From Deltaproteobacteria bacterium (GTDB taxonomy: Bacteria; Myxococcota; Kuafuiibacteriia; Kuafuiibacteriales; Kuafuiibacteriaceae), in the NCBI GenBank assembly GCA_040218735.1, contig JAVJQW010000049.1:1-64000 (forward strand): a stretch of 64,000 bases of DNA. Reading direction: 5' to 3'. Under the pieces are notes generated by a model that did not search any database, was not told where the DNA came from, and was given only the letters and a program-made list of their open reading frames with translations. The position numbers were made by a program, and so were the translations under genes. Of the stretch, positions 48,404-57,851 are shown piece after piece; the first letter of the stretch is position 1, and the number at the start of each line of letters is the position of its first letter.

Positions 48404-51294
48404 ATGTTCTGGAACCAGCGTGGAGACGTTCTGGTGGCGCACGCGCATCTTCAGACTGGTGAGTCCGGCGTCGGGTCGCCGACCGCGCTGCGGAGCTTCG
48501 CCTACGACTCGGGCCACCGGCTCACGTCCATCACTATGCGTGACCTGTCGACCGTGACGTTCGGGAACTTCCATCCGGTGCACCAACTGCCGCAGACGAT
48601 GAGGATGGCGTCCGCGGGGTCGATCAACTCCAGCTACAACGACCGTGGTGATCTGGTGAGCCTGACGACCGTCGACGGTGCCTACTCGGAGACCAACACG
48701 TATGTCCAAGATGCGCTCGGGCGTCCGCGTCGAGCCGACATTGCGAACGGGGCGAGCGTGGAGCTCGATAAGGATCCCAACAGGGGGGCGTGCAGCACGT
48801 CCGCGACTCTGCGGGGCGCCTCGAAAGCCTGACATACGCGGGAAGCGCGATGATGTCGGTGTCGGACTATGCGATGGCCTCGGCCCCGGGTACGGTGGTC
48901 CTCGGCAACGGCGTGGACCGTGTAGACGACTACGATCAGCGACGTCGACTGGTCAGCCGGACGTACGTGCAGGGCGGCAACATCGTCGCATCGTTTCGTT
49001 ACGCGTATGACAGCGCGAACCGAGAGGTCGCTCGGGTGGATGTCCATCGCGCGGGTCGCGCGAACCTCTACAGCTACGACCAGGAACGCCTGGGTACGGC
49101 GAACATCGGCGCGCGCCCGACAGTGTTCGGCTCTCTCCCGACGAACGGTGACTTCGGGGTGGGCGATGCGCACTTCACGTCGGTCTACGCACCGATCACG
49201 TTCGACGATCGCCTCCAGGAAGTGGTCACTCAGGTACCCGTGGGCGAGTCGACGCCTGAGATCGCGGAGCTGTACCAGGGCTACGACGCGATGGGCCATG
49301 CGACGCTGCTCGACGGGGTTGCGCGGACGCGAGACTCACTCGGTAACGTGACGTCGACGCCCTCCGAACAGGGCACGCTCGCCCTGGACTACGACGTCCG
49401 GTCGCGCCTGCGACAGGCGACGCGCCCCGACGGGTCGACCGTCACGTACGATTACCGTGCCGACGACGCGCTCTTGGGGCGCACCGTGACTTGCGCCGTG
49501 GGGGCGGCGGACTGCGTGGACTCGAACCGAGTGTACGTCTACGACGGGCTGCTCTTGCTCCAGGAGCACGAGCAGGGCGCAACGCCCTCGCTGCGCGCGC
49601 AGTACTTCTACGCCGATGAGGGCGACGTACCGTTCGCGGCGGACCTGTGGAACGCGACGACGCAGCAGCTGGAGCGCTACTACTACGTCGTCGATCGCAT
49701 GGGCTCGGTGGTGGGCTTGATGGACGCGTCGGGGCAGGTGGTCGAGCGCATCGACTATACGGTGTTCGGGTACCCGCAGATCACGGGGCAGGACACGGCC
49801 GCTCCGGCGGTCTCTTCGGTGCGCAGTGACGGGAGCGGTCGCTTGGAGCTGGTGTTCTCGGAGCCGGTAGACCCGGCGGTGTCGGGGACGCCGGTGCCGG
49901 TGTCGAACGGTCAGGTGGGCATCGAGGTCAATGACCTGACTTCTCACATCACCGTGCGTGACGGGCAGGGCGCCACGGTCGCGGTGACCGACGTGACCGT
50001 GGTGTCGGACGCGGCGCATCGGTACGGAACGGTGTACTCCTTGACGACCACGCCGCTGGCCGCGGGGATCTCTTATACGGTGGACGTGTCGGCGGGCGCG
50101 GTTCAGGACGCTTGGGCGAACTTGAGCTCTGCGCAGGCCGTGACGGTGACCTACGCAGCGGCGGCTGGGACGCTGCAGGCTACGGGGACGGTGGCAGGCA
50201 GCACGGCGCCGGCGGTCTTGGCGAGGAGTGCGGTCGGGAACTCGATCGGGTTCCAGGCGCATCTGCATGACTGGGACGTGGACTTGGTGCTGGCGAGGGC
50301 GCGGGTTTATGACGCGCGGTCGGGGATGTTCCTGCAGAGGGACCCTGAGGGGTATGAGGATAGCGTCAACCTGTATGCCGGGATGCGGTGGGATCCGGTG
50401 AACCTGAGGGATCCGACGGGACGGGCGACGGGTGACCCACGGTTCTACATGTCGCAGGCGCTCGGGCAGCTCATCGAGTTCTTCACGGGAGGCCGTGCGG
50501 ATCCCGCACGGGACAAGAAGCCGAAGCTCAGTGGGCGCGGTGGTGTGGTCGGGGGTGCAGTGGAGGCCGCTTGCTTCCGGTGCGGCTACCTTGAGTCGGA
50601 CAGGACGGGCCTGAGTTCGATCGGTGCGGATCACGGCGCCGGGATGGTGCCGTACCTCGACTCCGGAATGACTCTTGCGACTGGCGAAGATGTGCAAGGT
50701 CGAGAGGTTGGGCGGGGAGAAGCGGCGCTTCGGTTTGGACTTGAGGTCTTGCCCCTGGCTGTTCCCGCAACGCGACGCCTTCGTAGCGGGCCCAATCGCC
50801 GAATCGCATCGGGTGACCTGAGTCTCGCCGCGACCGATGAACTGCCAGGTGCGGCGGTGTTCACCAAGGAGGCCGATGAATTCGGAAGAAACGCGCAGAA
50901 GGCAAAGCCCGTTGACGGGTACACGGATATTGCTCTTCATGGTGGAGACGACTTTGTGTCTCAGGTCCCGAATCCGAGACTCGACGAGAAGATCTCGTCG
51001 GATCAGTTTGCCCGGTTGCTGAAGCGGTCGCCGTCCTACAACGGAGGTCCTATCCGCCTTATCGCCTGCGATACCGGATCGTGCGCTACGGGGTTCGCCC
51101 AGCAACTATCCAATGCGCTGGGTGTTAGGGTTCGTGCTCCATCGACCTATGTGTGGGCATTGCCGGATGGTACCCTCTTTGTTGCGGACCCTGTTAGGGT
51201 TCTGGTTCGCGGCCCGTCTGGTCTTGGAGTTCGGCAACTTCCAGTAGCCGATCTCACGAAGCCTGGGACGTGGGTCGATTTCGATCCGGAGTAA
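48404..51294 (+). pseudogene. 5'-truncated Rhs (YD-repeat) toxin gene with a frame break near 48785; C-terminal His/Cys protease-like toxin
   Basis: YD repeats in ORFs 48404-48832 and 48790-51294. Core motifs DRMGSV..YTVFG, ARVYDARSGMFLQRDP and NLYAG..DPVNLRDPTG. C-terminal IALHG..IRLIACDTG..FAQQLSNALGVRVRAP. Confidence 0.88.
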
Positions 51295-51295
51295 C

Positions 51296-51577
51296 TTGGC
51301 TATGCTTCCCGCATCTCTGTGCTTCCTAGAAGCCTGGGTAGAACGCTTCGGTTGCCTGACCGAGACTGCGTCCTTTGCGAAAATTCATGAAGAGGCAACA
51401 GACGATGAACTTGAGCGGCTGTCTCAGATCATGACTGAACTGCTCATGGGTCGGCCTCTATCACTTCAGGCTGCGTTTCTTGCATTGGATGAGGTACAGG
51501 ACGAAGAGGTGAGGGTGAGAGCCACGTCACTTCTCTGTGCGATTCTACCGCGGATGGGTCAGGGGAGCGAGAAGTGA
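51296..51577 (+). CDS. Putative cognate immunity protein
   Basis: Small acidic low-GC ORF directly after the Rhs stop; its stop codon lies inside a GAGAAGTGATCC partial motif. Confidence 0.65.
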   Translation: MAMLPASLCFLEAWVERFGCLTETASFAKIHEEATDDELERLSQIMTELLMGRPLSLQAAFLALDEVQDEEVRVRATSLLCAILPRMGQGSEK

Positions 51578-51599
51578 TCCGGAGAAGGGATCCAAGGAG

Positions 51600-51779
51600 G
51601 AGAAGTGATCCATCCTCCGGATCCACTGAGTAGATTCTCGTTGCTCTGATTTGTCGTAACGCAGAAATATCGGAAGGGCTCTTGAGGGCGAGAAGTGATC
51701 CATCCTCCGGATCCACTGAGTAGATTCTTGTTGCTCTGATTTGTCGTAACGCAGAAATATCGGAAGGGCTTTTGAAGGG
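51600..51779. repeat. Near-perfect 90-bp tandem duplication
   Basis: Units start at 51600 and 51690, each beginning GAGAA followed by the 22-bp motif. Confidence 0.95.
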
Positions 51780-51921
51780 GATTTCCTCTTCTTCTTAGCC
51801 GCCGTCTGAGGCCCTTCGCGAACCCGTGCCCGAGCGCGCTGCGCTCCTCCTCCTGAACCCTCTCTGTCGCTTCGTGGTGGGCCCGTCCGGGCCTGAACTC
51901 ATCCCTCAAGATCAGCTTCGC

Positions 51922-52836
51922 TCACGCGGCCGCGGCGGCCTCGACGGGCCATCGGAGTGGCAGCCTTGGCCTGAAGGTGTGCTCGGGGAAGTAGGTCCCG
52001 AGTCGCCCTTTTCGGAACGCCGCGCTGGCCTCTCTGTAGGTCATGACGAACCACCGCCACCCATCGCGGAACGCCATCCAGGCATCGCGGGTGGATGCGT
52101 GACAGAGGGGCGCAGGTCCGCGCTTGGTGCGCTCGGGCTCGTGGAGCGGGTCGGTCGCGAGGACGGTCTCGACGCCGAGGACGTCGCCGCTGCGGTCGCG
52201 TGCGAGTCGGTCCTCGCGCTGATGGATCGCCGCGCGAACGTCTTCGAGGTCGAGGGTGTCGTCGGTGTCGAGGTGGAGCTCGACGCGCTCGGTGAAGTCT
52301 TCGCGGGAGGGGACTTCGTCGCCGAGGCGCATGGCGCGGTCGAAGGCGCGGCGGTATCGCTTCCAGTGAAAGCGCGCGCAGGGAAGGGTGACGGCTTGGC
52401 CGCCGCACCAGGCGACGAGTCCCGGCCAGTCGCGGTGGGAGCGCACGAGGCCGGCGGCGGGGGGATTGGTGACGGTGTAGACGATGCGGTTGGCGAGCGC
52501 TTCGTCGTCGACGATTTCGATCGCGGAGTAGCGCCGCTCGAGGACTTGGCCGCGCACCTGGTCGACGGCGTTGAGGGCTCGGGCGAGCTGACCGTCGAGG
52601 TACTCCATGAGGTCGGCGAGCTGGGAGCGCTCGTCGGTGAGGACGAGGTGAAAGTGATTCGACATCTGGACGGCTGCGTGAAGGCGCACGCCGTCGCATC
52701 GCTTCAGGGCCTTGGCGAGGAAGAACTTGAAGAGCTCTGTGCGGTCGATGTCGGGCGTGAGTCGGAACTGGGATCGCGCGCATCGTACGGTGACGAACCA
52801 ACGTGCGCCGGGCGTGAGTCTTCTTGGTCTTCGCAT
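51922..52836 (-). mobile_element. RAYT / IS200-like Y1 HUH transposase
   Basis: MRRPRR..FVTVRC, QMSNHFHLV (HUH), RGQVLERRY, YTVTNP..AGLV..DWPG; intact 304-aa ORF. Confidence 0.92.
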
Positions 52837-53104
52837 GCGCGAGGGGAAGAGCAACGCTCGCGCCGTCCCGTCCGCGGTGTGTCTTGGTCGACGGTCGTCC
52901 GATAATCGGACTTCGTCCGAAGCTGTCCGAAAGTCGAAAGTGTTTCGGTCATCCCGCTTTGCGTGTGGCGCGCCACCCCCGCCCACCCGCGGGTCCGTCG
53001 GCTCGAGCGGATGGTTGATGCGGGGGGCGGAGTCGCTTTGCTTGCGGAACTGCCTCGCCTCCGATGGGGGCCCGCTGCGGGGTCCCGGGCCGTCGAAACC
53101 CCCG

Positions 53105-53834
53105 GCCACGACGGAGCCGCAACCGTCGAGCCGAAAGGCCCGCCTGTGCGAGCGCCTGGCCCGTACCGAGCGAGTCGCCCGCACATCCTCGCTTCGCGAA
53201 GGGGCGTCCGCCACCGCCCCTCGGAGGCCCGCTGCGCGGGCCTAGAAGAAGAGGGGCCGCCTCGCCGCGCTTGCTGTCGCGGGTGCCGTAGGTCGGGGAT
53301 CGCTGCTGCAGGGCAGCGACCCGGACCTCGACGTCTGAGGGTTTGGTCACCGCTCTCGCTGAGCGTCTTGCTGCCCCGCTGGTCTCCGCTATCGACGACG
53401 ACGACGACAGCAACCGTAAGCCTGTGAAGCTGTCCGCGGCAACCTGTCGACGCGCACGGTGATGACGAACGGTGGTGGGTACGCAGAGACCGACCCCAAC
53501 GAGGACGGCTCGGTGGCGCGGCTGACATATCCGCGGACGAGCGGCGTGGTGACGCGTGAACCATCCTCGGGATCCACTGCGGCGACGACGGCGTCGAGTC
53601 CGTCGTCCTCGTTGCCGTGGGCGAGGACCGCGAGCTCGGGCTTCTGTCTGGCGGCTTCGCGATCTCGGGTCCAGGCGTGGCGCGCGGTTGCAGGACGAGA
53701 GGCTGGAACAAGGAAGTCGCCTGGGACGATGGAGATCGGGTCGTGTCTGCGAATGGGAATCGGCGCATCGACGAAATCGGGATCGAAGAAGCGCGCCACG
53801 ACGGAGGCGCAACCGTCGAGCCGAAAGTCCCGCC
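53105..53834 (+). repeat. Pair of 40-bp direct repeats (53105-53144, 53795-53834) with an internal GACGG/CCGTC hairpin
   Basis: GCCACGACGGAGSCGCAACCGTCGAGCCGAAAGKCCCGCC, two mismatches between copies. Confidence 0.85.
53430..53555 (+). pseudogene. Short Rhs-like remnant ending at a motif copy
   Basis: VRGNLSTRTVMTNGGGYAETDPNEDGSVARLTYP resembles YD-repeat sequence (compare DRGDLVSLTTVDGAYSET near 48640). Confidence 0.45.
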
Positions 53835-53845
53835 GCCGCCGAGGC

Positions 53846-54141
53846 CTAATGCAGCCGGTCGTGCCAGTAGTCGGGGTGCTGCTTGAAGTGCGCGAAGGCG
53901 ACGATGATGGGCTCGCGTCGACGAAGGCGATGAGGATCTTGTAGGGGAAGCGGTCGACGATGAAGCGTCGGACCTCGGCGTCGACGCCTGAGAGCTGGGT
54001 TCCCGCTCGCGGGAACCGCTCGGCAAACCGAACACGACGGTCGACGGTGCGCGCGAATCGGTCAGCGGTGCTTGGGCTCTCGGCTCGGAACTCGAAGGCG
54101 GCGGCCTCGTACTCGAGGACGGCCTCTTTGAGCCACTTCAC
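53846..54141 (-). pseudogene. ParE/RelE toxin with a 1-nt frameshift near 53915
   Basis: EAVLEYEAA..FPRAG..VRRFIVDRFPYKIL; the canonical end IIVAFAHFKQHPDYWHDRLH* is in another frame. Confidence 0.82.
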
Positions 54142-54377
54142 GAAATAGGCTCTTCGAGCTTCCTCAATAGGTCGCGCTGAACGTCCTCGTGGTCGACCGT
54201 CTCGGCCTCGCCTGTGCGGAGGGCATCGATTCTCTTTTGGACGGTCTCTCGGAGCTCGGGCTCCAGCTCGGGTGGCTCCGTCGAGAGGTGCTCGATCAGC
54301 GTATGAGCCGTGAGTTCCTGCTCCTCGCGTTTGAGCGCGAGGGCATCCGCGATGACCTTCAGCACGTCTCCGGACAT
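54138..54377 (-). CDS. Addiction-module antitoxin
   Basis: ALALKREEQELTAHTLIEHL..KRIDALRTGEAETVDHEDV; overlaps the toxin start. Confidence 0.82.
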   Translation of the reverse strand: MSGDVLKVIADALALKREEQELTAHTLIEHLSTEPPELEPELRETVQKRIDALRTGEAETVDHEDVQRDLLRKLEEPIS

Positions 54378-54507
54378 GCCGCGCATGCTAGCGACCCGGG
54401 GTGTACTTTCCAAGCCCGAAAGTGATGACGTGCCGAGTCCTGTGCCTTCTGGTTTGATGGTTCTATGTATATTTACAATATTACACTAAGTGTTTGATGG
54501 GGCGATC

Positions 54508-54750
54508 GTGACGCGGCGTCATCGGACGAGTAAGGCGCACCCGGCGACCGCACGGACCCGGAGGGCTTTGCGGCGCTGCTCGATGCAGACGACGGATTGG
54601 ATGCTCATACGGATTCGCTCCCCCGAAGGTGCAGCTGATCGAGCGGTCGGTGGACGCTTTCATCGCTTGGTGCGACCAGCGCGGCGTGGTGCGCCCGAGC
54701 CAACGTGACGCGCCCGGTGCTGCAGCGGTACGCGCGACATCTACCGCTAG
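54508..54750 (+). pseudogene. N-terminal remnant of an Xer-like tyrosine recombinase
   Basis: Frameshifted pieces GDRTDPEGFAALLD / DWMLI / AFIAWCDQRGVVRP / VTRPVLQRYARHL; ends at the motif copy at 54753. Confidence 0.65.
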
Positions 54751-55041
54751 ACGTGATCCATCCTCCAAATCCACGTACGACCCCCGCTACGACGGGCGCC
54801 GGCGTACGACCACGGCGGGCGGCCTACTGACGACGGCGCACGCCGGAGTGTTGCGCGTGAATCGCCAGGCGAGCAGCGCCGGTCGGGGTTGGTGATTGAC
54901 CGGGTGCTCGACGCGCATCGCCGCGAGTCTGGTACTGGCGTGCCCACGTCCCCTCGCACACACTGGCGTTTTCGGCGAACGGCGGTCGGCGGGCTCCAAA
55001 CCGCTTGCCCCGCCGCCACAAAGACGCCACGAATCACGGCC

Positions 55042-55704
55042 ATGCCGACCGTCGAGATCACCGACGCCAACTTCGAGTCCGCCGTGTTGCAGTCGGAGCT
55101 GCCGGTGCTGCTCGACTTCTGGGCGACGTGGTGCGCGCCCTGTAAGGCCGTGGCGCCGGTGCTCGAGGAGCTTTCGGAGCAGTACGCGGGGAAGTTGGTC
55201 ATCGGGAAGCTCGACGTGGATGCGTCGCCGCAGACGGCGCAGATGTTCGGGATTCGTTCCATCCCCACGCTGGTGCTCATGGACCAGGGCAAGCCGGTGA
55301 AGGCCGTGCAGGGGGCGCAGCCGAAGGAGGCGCTCGTGGAGCTGATCGAGTCGAACGTCGCCGGGCTGCGCGCGCCGACCGTGAAGCCGGAGGAGCTGGC
55401 TGCGCTGATGCAGCGCGGGATGCCGATCGTCGTGTTCGACCTTCGCGACCCGCGCGACGTTTCGCGCAGTCACTTGCGGCACGCGAAGACGGTCGCCGCC
55501 GACGCGTTGCCCGCGGCGATCGCCGAAGCGGATCCGCGGTCGCTCGTCGTGCTCGTGTGCCGGACCGGAGAGATCTCTTCGGAGGCCGCGGCGAAGATCG
55601 GGCAGCCGAACGTCGTCGCGATCGAGAAGGGCCTCCTCGAATGGGAGGGCGCCGGGTTCGAGACTTTCAGCGACCGCGAGGAAGCCGAGCTCGACGCCGG
55701 CTGA
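55042..55704 (+). CDS. Thioredoxin fused to a rhodanese-like domain
   Basis: DFWATWCAPCK and GIRSIPT, then FDLRDP..SHL..VLVCRTGEIS..GLLEW. Confidence 0.9.
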   Translation: MPTVEITDANFESAVLQSELPVLLDFWATWCAPCKAVAPVLEELSEQYAGKLVIGKLDVDASPQTAQMFGIRSIPTLVLMDQGKPVKAVQGAQPKEALVELIESNVAGLRAPTVKPEELAALMQRGMPIVVFDLRDPRDVSRSHLRHAKTVAADALPAAIAEADPRSLVVLVCRTGEISSEAAAKIGQPNVVAIEKGLLEWEGAGFETFSDREEAELDAG

Positions 55705-56223
55705 TCAGCGCATCGCAGGGATCGCGTCGGGGCGGGCGAATCGATCGCGCAGGACCGCGAGCTCGTCGCGACGCACCTCGACGGAGCGACCGTTCTCGAG
55801 ATCCTCCAGCACCAAGCTCCCGTCTTCGCTCAGACCGCCGCGGCCGATCTCCACACCGTCCGCGAGGACGCGGAAGCTCTCGGCTTCGCGCTCGAGCCGG
55901 TACTCGCGGTCGCCGACCTGCACGACCACGGCGTCCTCCGACTCCGACTTCACTTGCGCCGTCGCTCCGCCGCCGAGCGGGTTGGAGCCCGTCCAGAACT
56001 CGATCAGGTTGAAGATGATCGCGTCGCCGAGCGTGATGAGCTCGTAGACCGGGATGATGACCAGGACCCAGAACACGATCGTGTTGAGGAACTTGTTGCC
56101 GAGGCTTCCGTTCCAGGTGTGCAGCTTCTTCGTGAGCGCGAAGCTCCCGTAGCAGCCGGTCGTGCCGACCGTCGCACCGGTGATCGTCGTAGCTGCGAGG
56201 AGAGCGATGAGGCGTTTGTTCAT
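55705..56223 (-). CDS. DUF3332-like lipoprotein
   Basis: GCYGSFALTKKL..IPVY..D..IFNLIEFWTGSNP. Confidence 0.8.
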   Translation of the reverse strand: MNKRLIALLAATTITGATVGTTGCYGSFALTKKLHTWNGSLGNKFLNTIVFWVLVIIPVYELITLGDAIIFNLIEFWTGSNPLGGGATAQVKSESEDAVVVQVGDREYRLEREAESFRVLADGVEIGRGGLSEDGSLVLEDLENGRSVEVRRDELAVLRDRFARPDAIPAMR

Positions 56224-56324
56224 GCGGCGCGGTATGCCGCGTGGGGACGCGCCGTCGCCATACACGACGCGGCGCTTTTGTATTCGTCCGGAGGGTGGGC
56301 GACAACCCGCGGTGGGGTCAGCGA

Positions 56325-57851
56325 TCAGACACCGTCGACGAGGCGCTGGATCTCCATGAGCGCGTCGCGCGCGGTGGCCGCTCGGGTGAGCTCGGCGCGC
56401 ATCGTGTCGAGGTCGGCCTGGAGCTGATCGCGCGCGGCACCGAGGTCCGCGATGCGACCCTCCGCGAGCTGCAGCTCCGCCGTCGTCGCCTCCAGCGCGT
56501 CCTTGAGCTCGGCGCCCTGCGCGCGGGACTTCGCGAGGGCCTCGTCCTTGTTCTCGAGCTCCTGCTCGAGCGCGCCGAGCAGCTCGCGCTGACGCTGGTC
56601 GAGCTCGGTGAGCTCCGTGATCCGATCGAGGACGCGGTCGCGCTCCTCCGCGAGCGCCTCCGACTCCTCGATCAGCTCGTCCGCGACCGCCTGCCGCTCC
56701 GTCGCGAGCGCCTCCGCCTTCTCGCGAGCCTTCTGCTCCGCGTCGAGGCGCTGCGTCAGCTCCGCGACGCGCCGGTCACGCTCCGCCAGCTGCTCGGCGA
56801 GCTTGCGCTTGTCGACCTGCGCGGTCTCCAACGCCTCGCGGAGCGAAGCCACGGTCTGACGCACACGCGACGCCGTCGCGGCCGGCGCGGGGGCTGGCTC
56901 CTCGGTGCGCTTCGCCGCGACCGCGAGGCGAGCCTTGAGGGCGTCGATGCGAGCGCGACCGGACTGCACGACGTCGGCCGCCGGGACCTCGAGGAGGGGG
57001 CGTCGGGAGGACGGCGGCGTGGTGGCGGCCGCGGGCTGCGCAGTGGTGGGGGAGGTCGCCGATGGGGGCGTCGGCGCGGCGATGGGGGCCTGCGCGGATG
57101 CGGTGGGTGCGGGCGCAGCCTGGGAGGCCGACGCGGGCGTCGGTGCGGATGCTGGGGCCGCCACAGGCGTGGACGGGGATGCGGTGGCTGCCGGTGTCGT
57201 GGCCGGGGCCGATGCGGCGCCGGACGCCGGTGGTGGTGAGGCTGCGGGGGCCGAGGCCGGTGACGGCGCCGGGGCTGCGGTCGCAGCGGGGACGCTCGCG
57301 GATGCCGAGGCGGACTCGGTCGCGGCTATGGGCTCGGGTTCGGACGCAGACTCCGGTGCGGCCACGGAACCGGACGCGGCCACGGAACCGGACGCGGACT
57401 CGGAATCGGACGCGGCCACGGAATCGGACTCGGAATCGGACTCGGAATCGGACTCGGAATCGGACTCGGAATCGGACTCGGCCACGGAGTCGGACGCGGA
57501 CACGGACGCGGACACGGACACGGTTGCGGACGCGGACTCGGGTGCGGCCACGGACTCGGACGCGGACACCGCCTCGGGTTCCGTCACCGCCTCCGGCACC
57601 GGCACCACCTCGGCACTCGCGGGCACCTCCGCCTTCGCCGCGGCAACACGCCCCGCGTCCTTGCTCTTACCCCTCGGCGCCTTGGCTCGGGCCTTCGCCT
57701 TTTCGGGACCCGGACCGGAACCGGGACCCGGACCGGGTGGGGTGGGGAGCTCCGACGGGACCTCGTCGCTCACGGGCAGGTCCGCGAGCATCGTGCCCAG
57801 GCGGGTGCGCGGCTTCTTCTTCGAGACGTTCTTCGAAAACGCGGACTTCAT
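56325..57851 (-). CDS. pomX: PomX, coiled-coil activator of the PomZ ATPase
   Basis: N-terminus MKSAFSKNVSKKKPRTRLG resembles the M. xanthus PomX activating peptide; low-complexity linker; C-terminal coiled coil; synteny. Confidence 0.85.
   Translation of the reverse strand: MKSAFSKNVSKKKPRTRLGTMLADLPVSDEVPSELPTPPGPGPGSGPGPEKAKARAKAPRGKSKDAGRVAAAKAEVPASAEVVPVPEAVTEPEAVSASESVAAPESASATVSVSASVSASDSVAESDSESDSESDSESDSESDSVAASDSESASGSVAASGSVAAPESASEPEPIAATESASASASVPAATAAPAPSPASAPAASPPPASGAASAPATTPAATASPSTPVAAPASAPTPASASQAAPAPTASAQAPIAAPTPPSATSPTTAQPAAATTPPSSRRPLLEVPAADVVQSGRARIDALKARLAVAAKRTEEPAPAPAATASRVRQTVASLREALETAQVDKRKLAEQLAERDRRVAELTQRLDAEQKAREKAEALATERQAVADELIEESEALAEERDRVLDRITELTELDQRQRELLGALEQELENKDEALAKSRAQGAELKDALEATTAELQLAEGRIADLGAARDQLQADLDTMRAELTRAATARDALMEIQRLVDGV
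57330..57570. repeat. Coding 12/18-bp tandem repeats (SDSE/SVAA) in pomX
   Basis: (CGGACTCGGAAT)n and GGCCACGGAACCGGACGC units. Confidence 0.9.

Larger units (their letters stand above)
46997..54774 (+). repeat. Dispersed 22-bp REP-like motif GTGATCCATCCTCCGGATCCAC
   Basis: Copies at 47960 (19/22), 48397 (16/22), 51605 and 51695 (22/22), 53556 (20/22) and 54753 (20/22). Partial or degenerate copies at 46997, 48353, 48383 and 51574. All in the same orientation. Confidence 0.88.

Noticed and set aside
51600-51779. Possible second mini-CRISPR
   Set aside because: The intervening sequences are near-identical, so this is a tandem duplication, and it is unrelated to the I-G repeat.
54460-54495. 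Possible dif/Xer site
   Set aside because: Only partial resemblance to one arm; kept only as an AT-rich site.
46997-54774. Classical integron
   Set aside because: No IntI gene and no attC R-box (RYYYAAC...GTTRRRY) structure; the recurring site is a different 22-bp motif.
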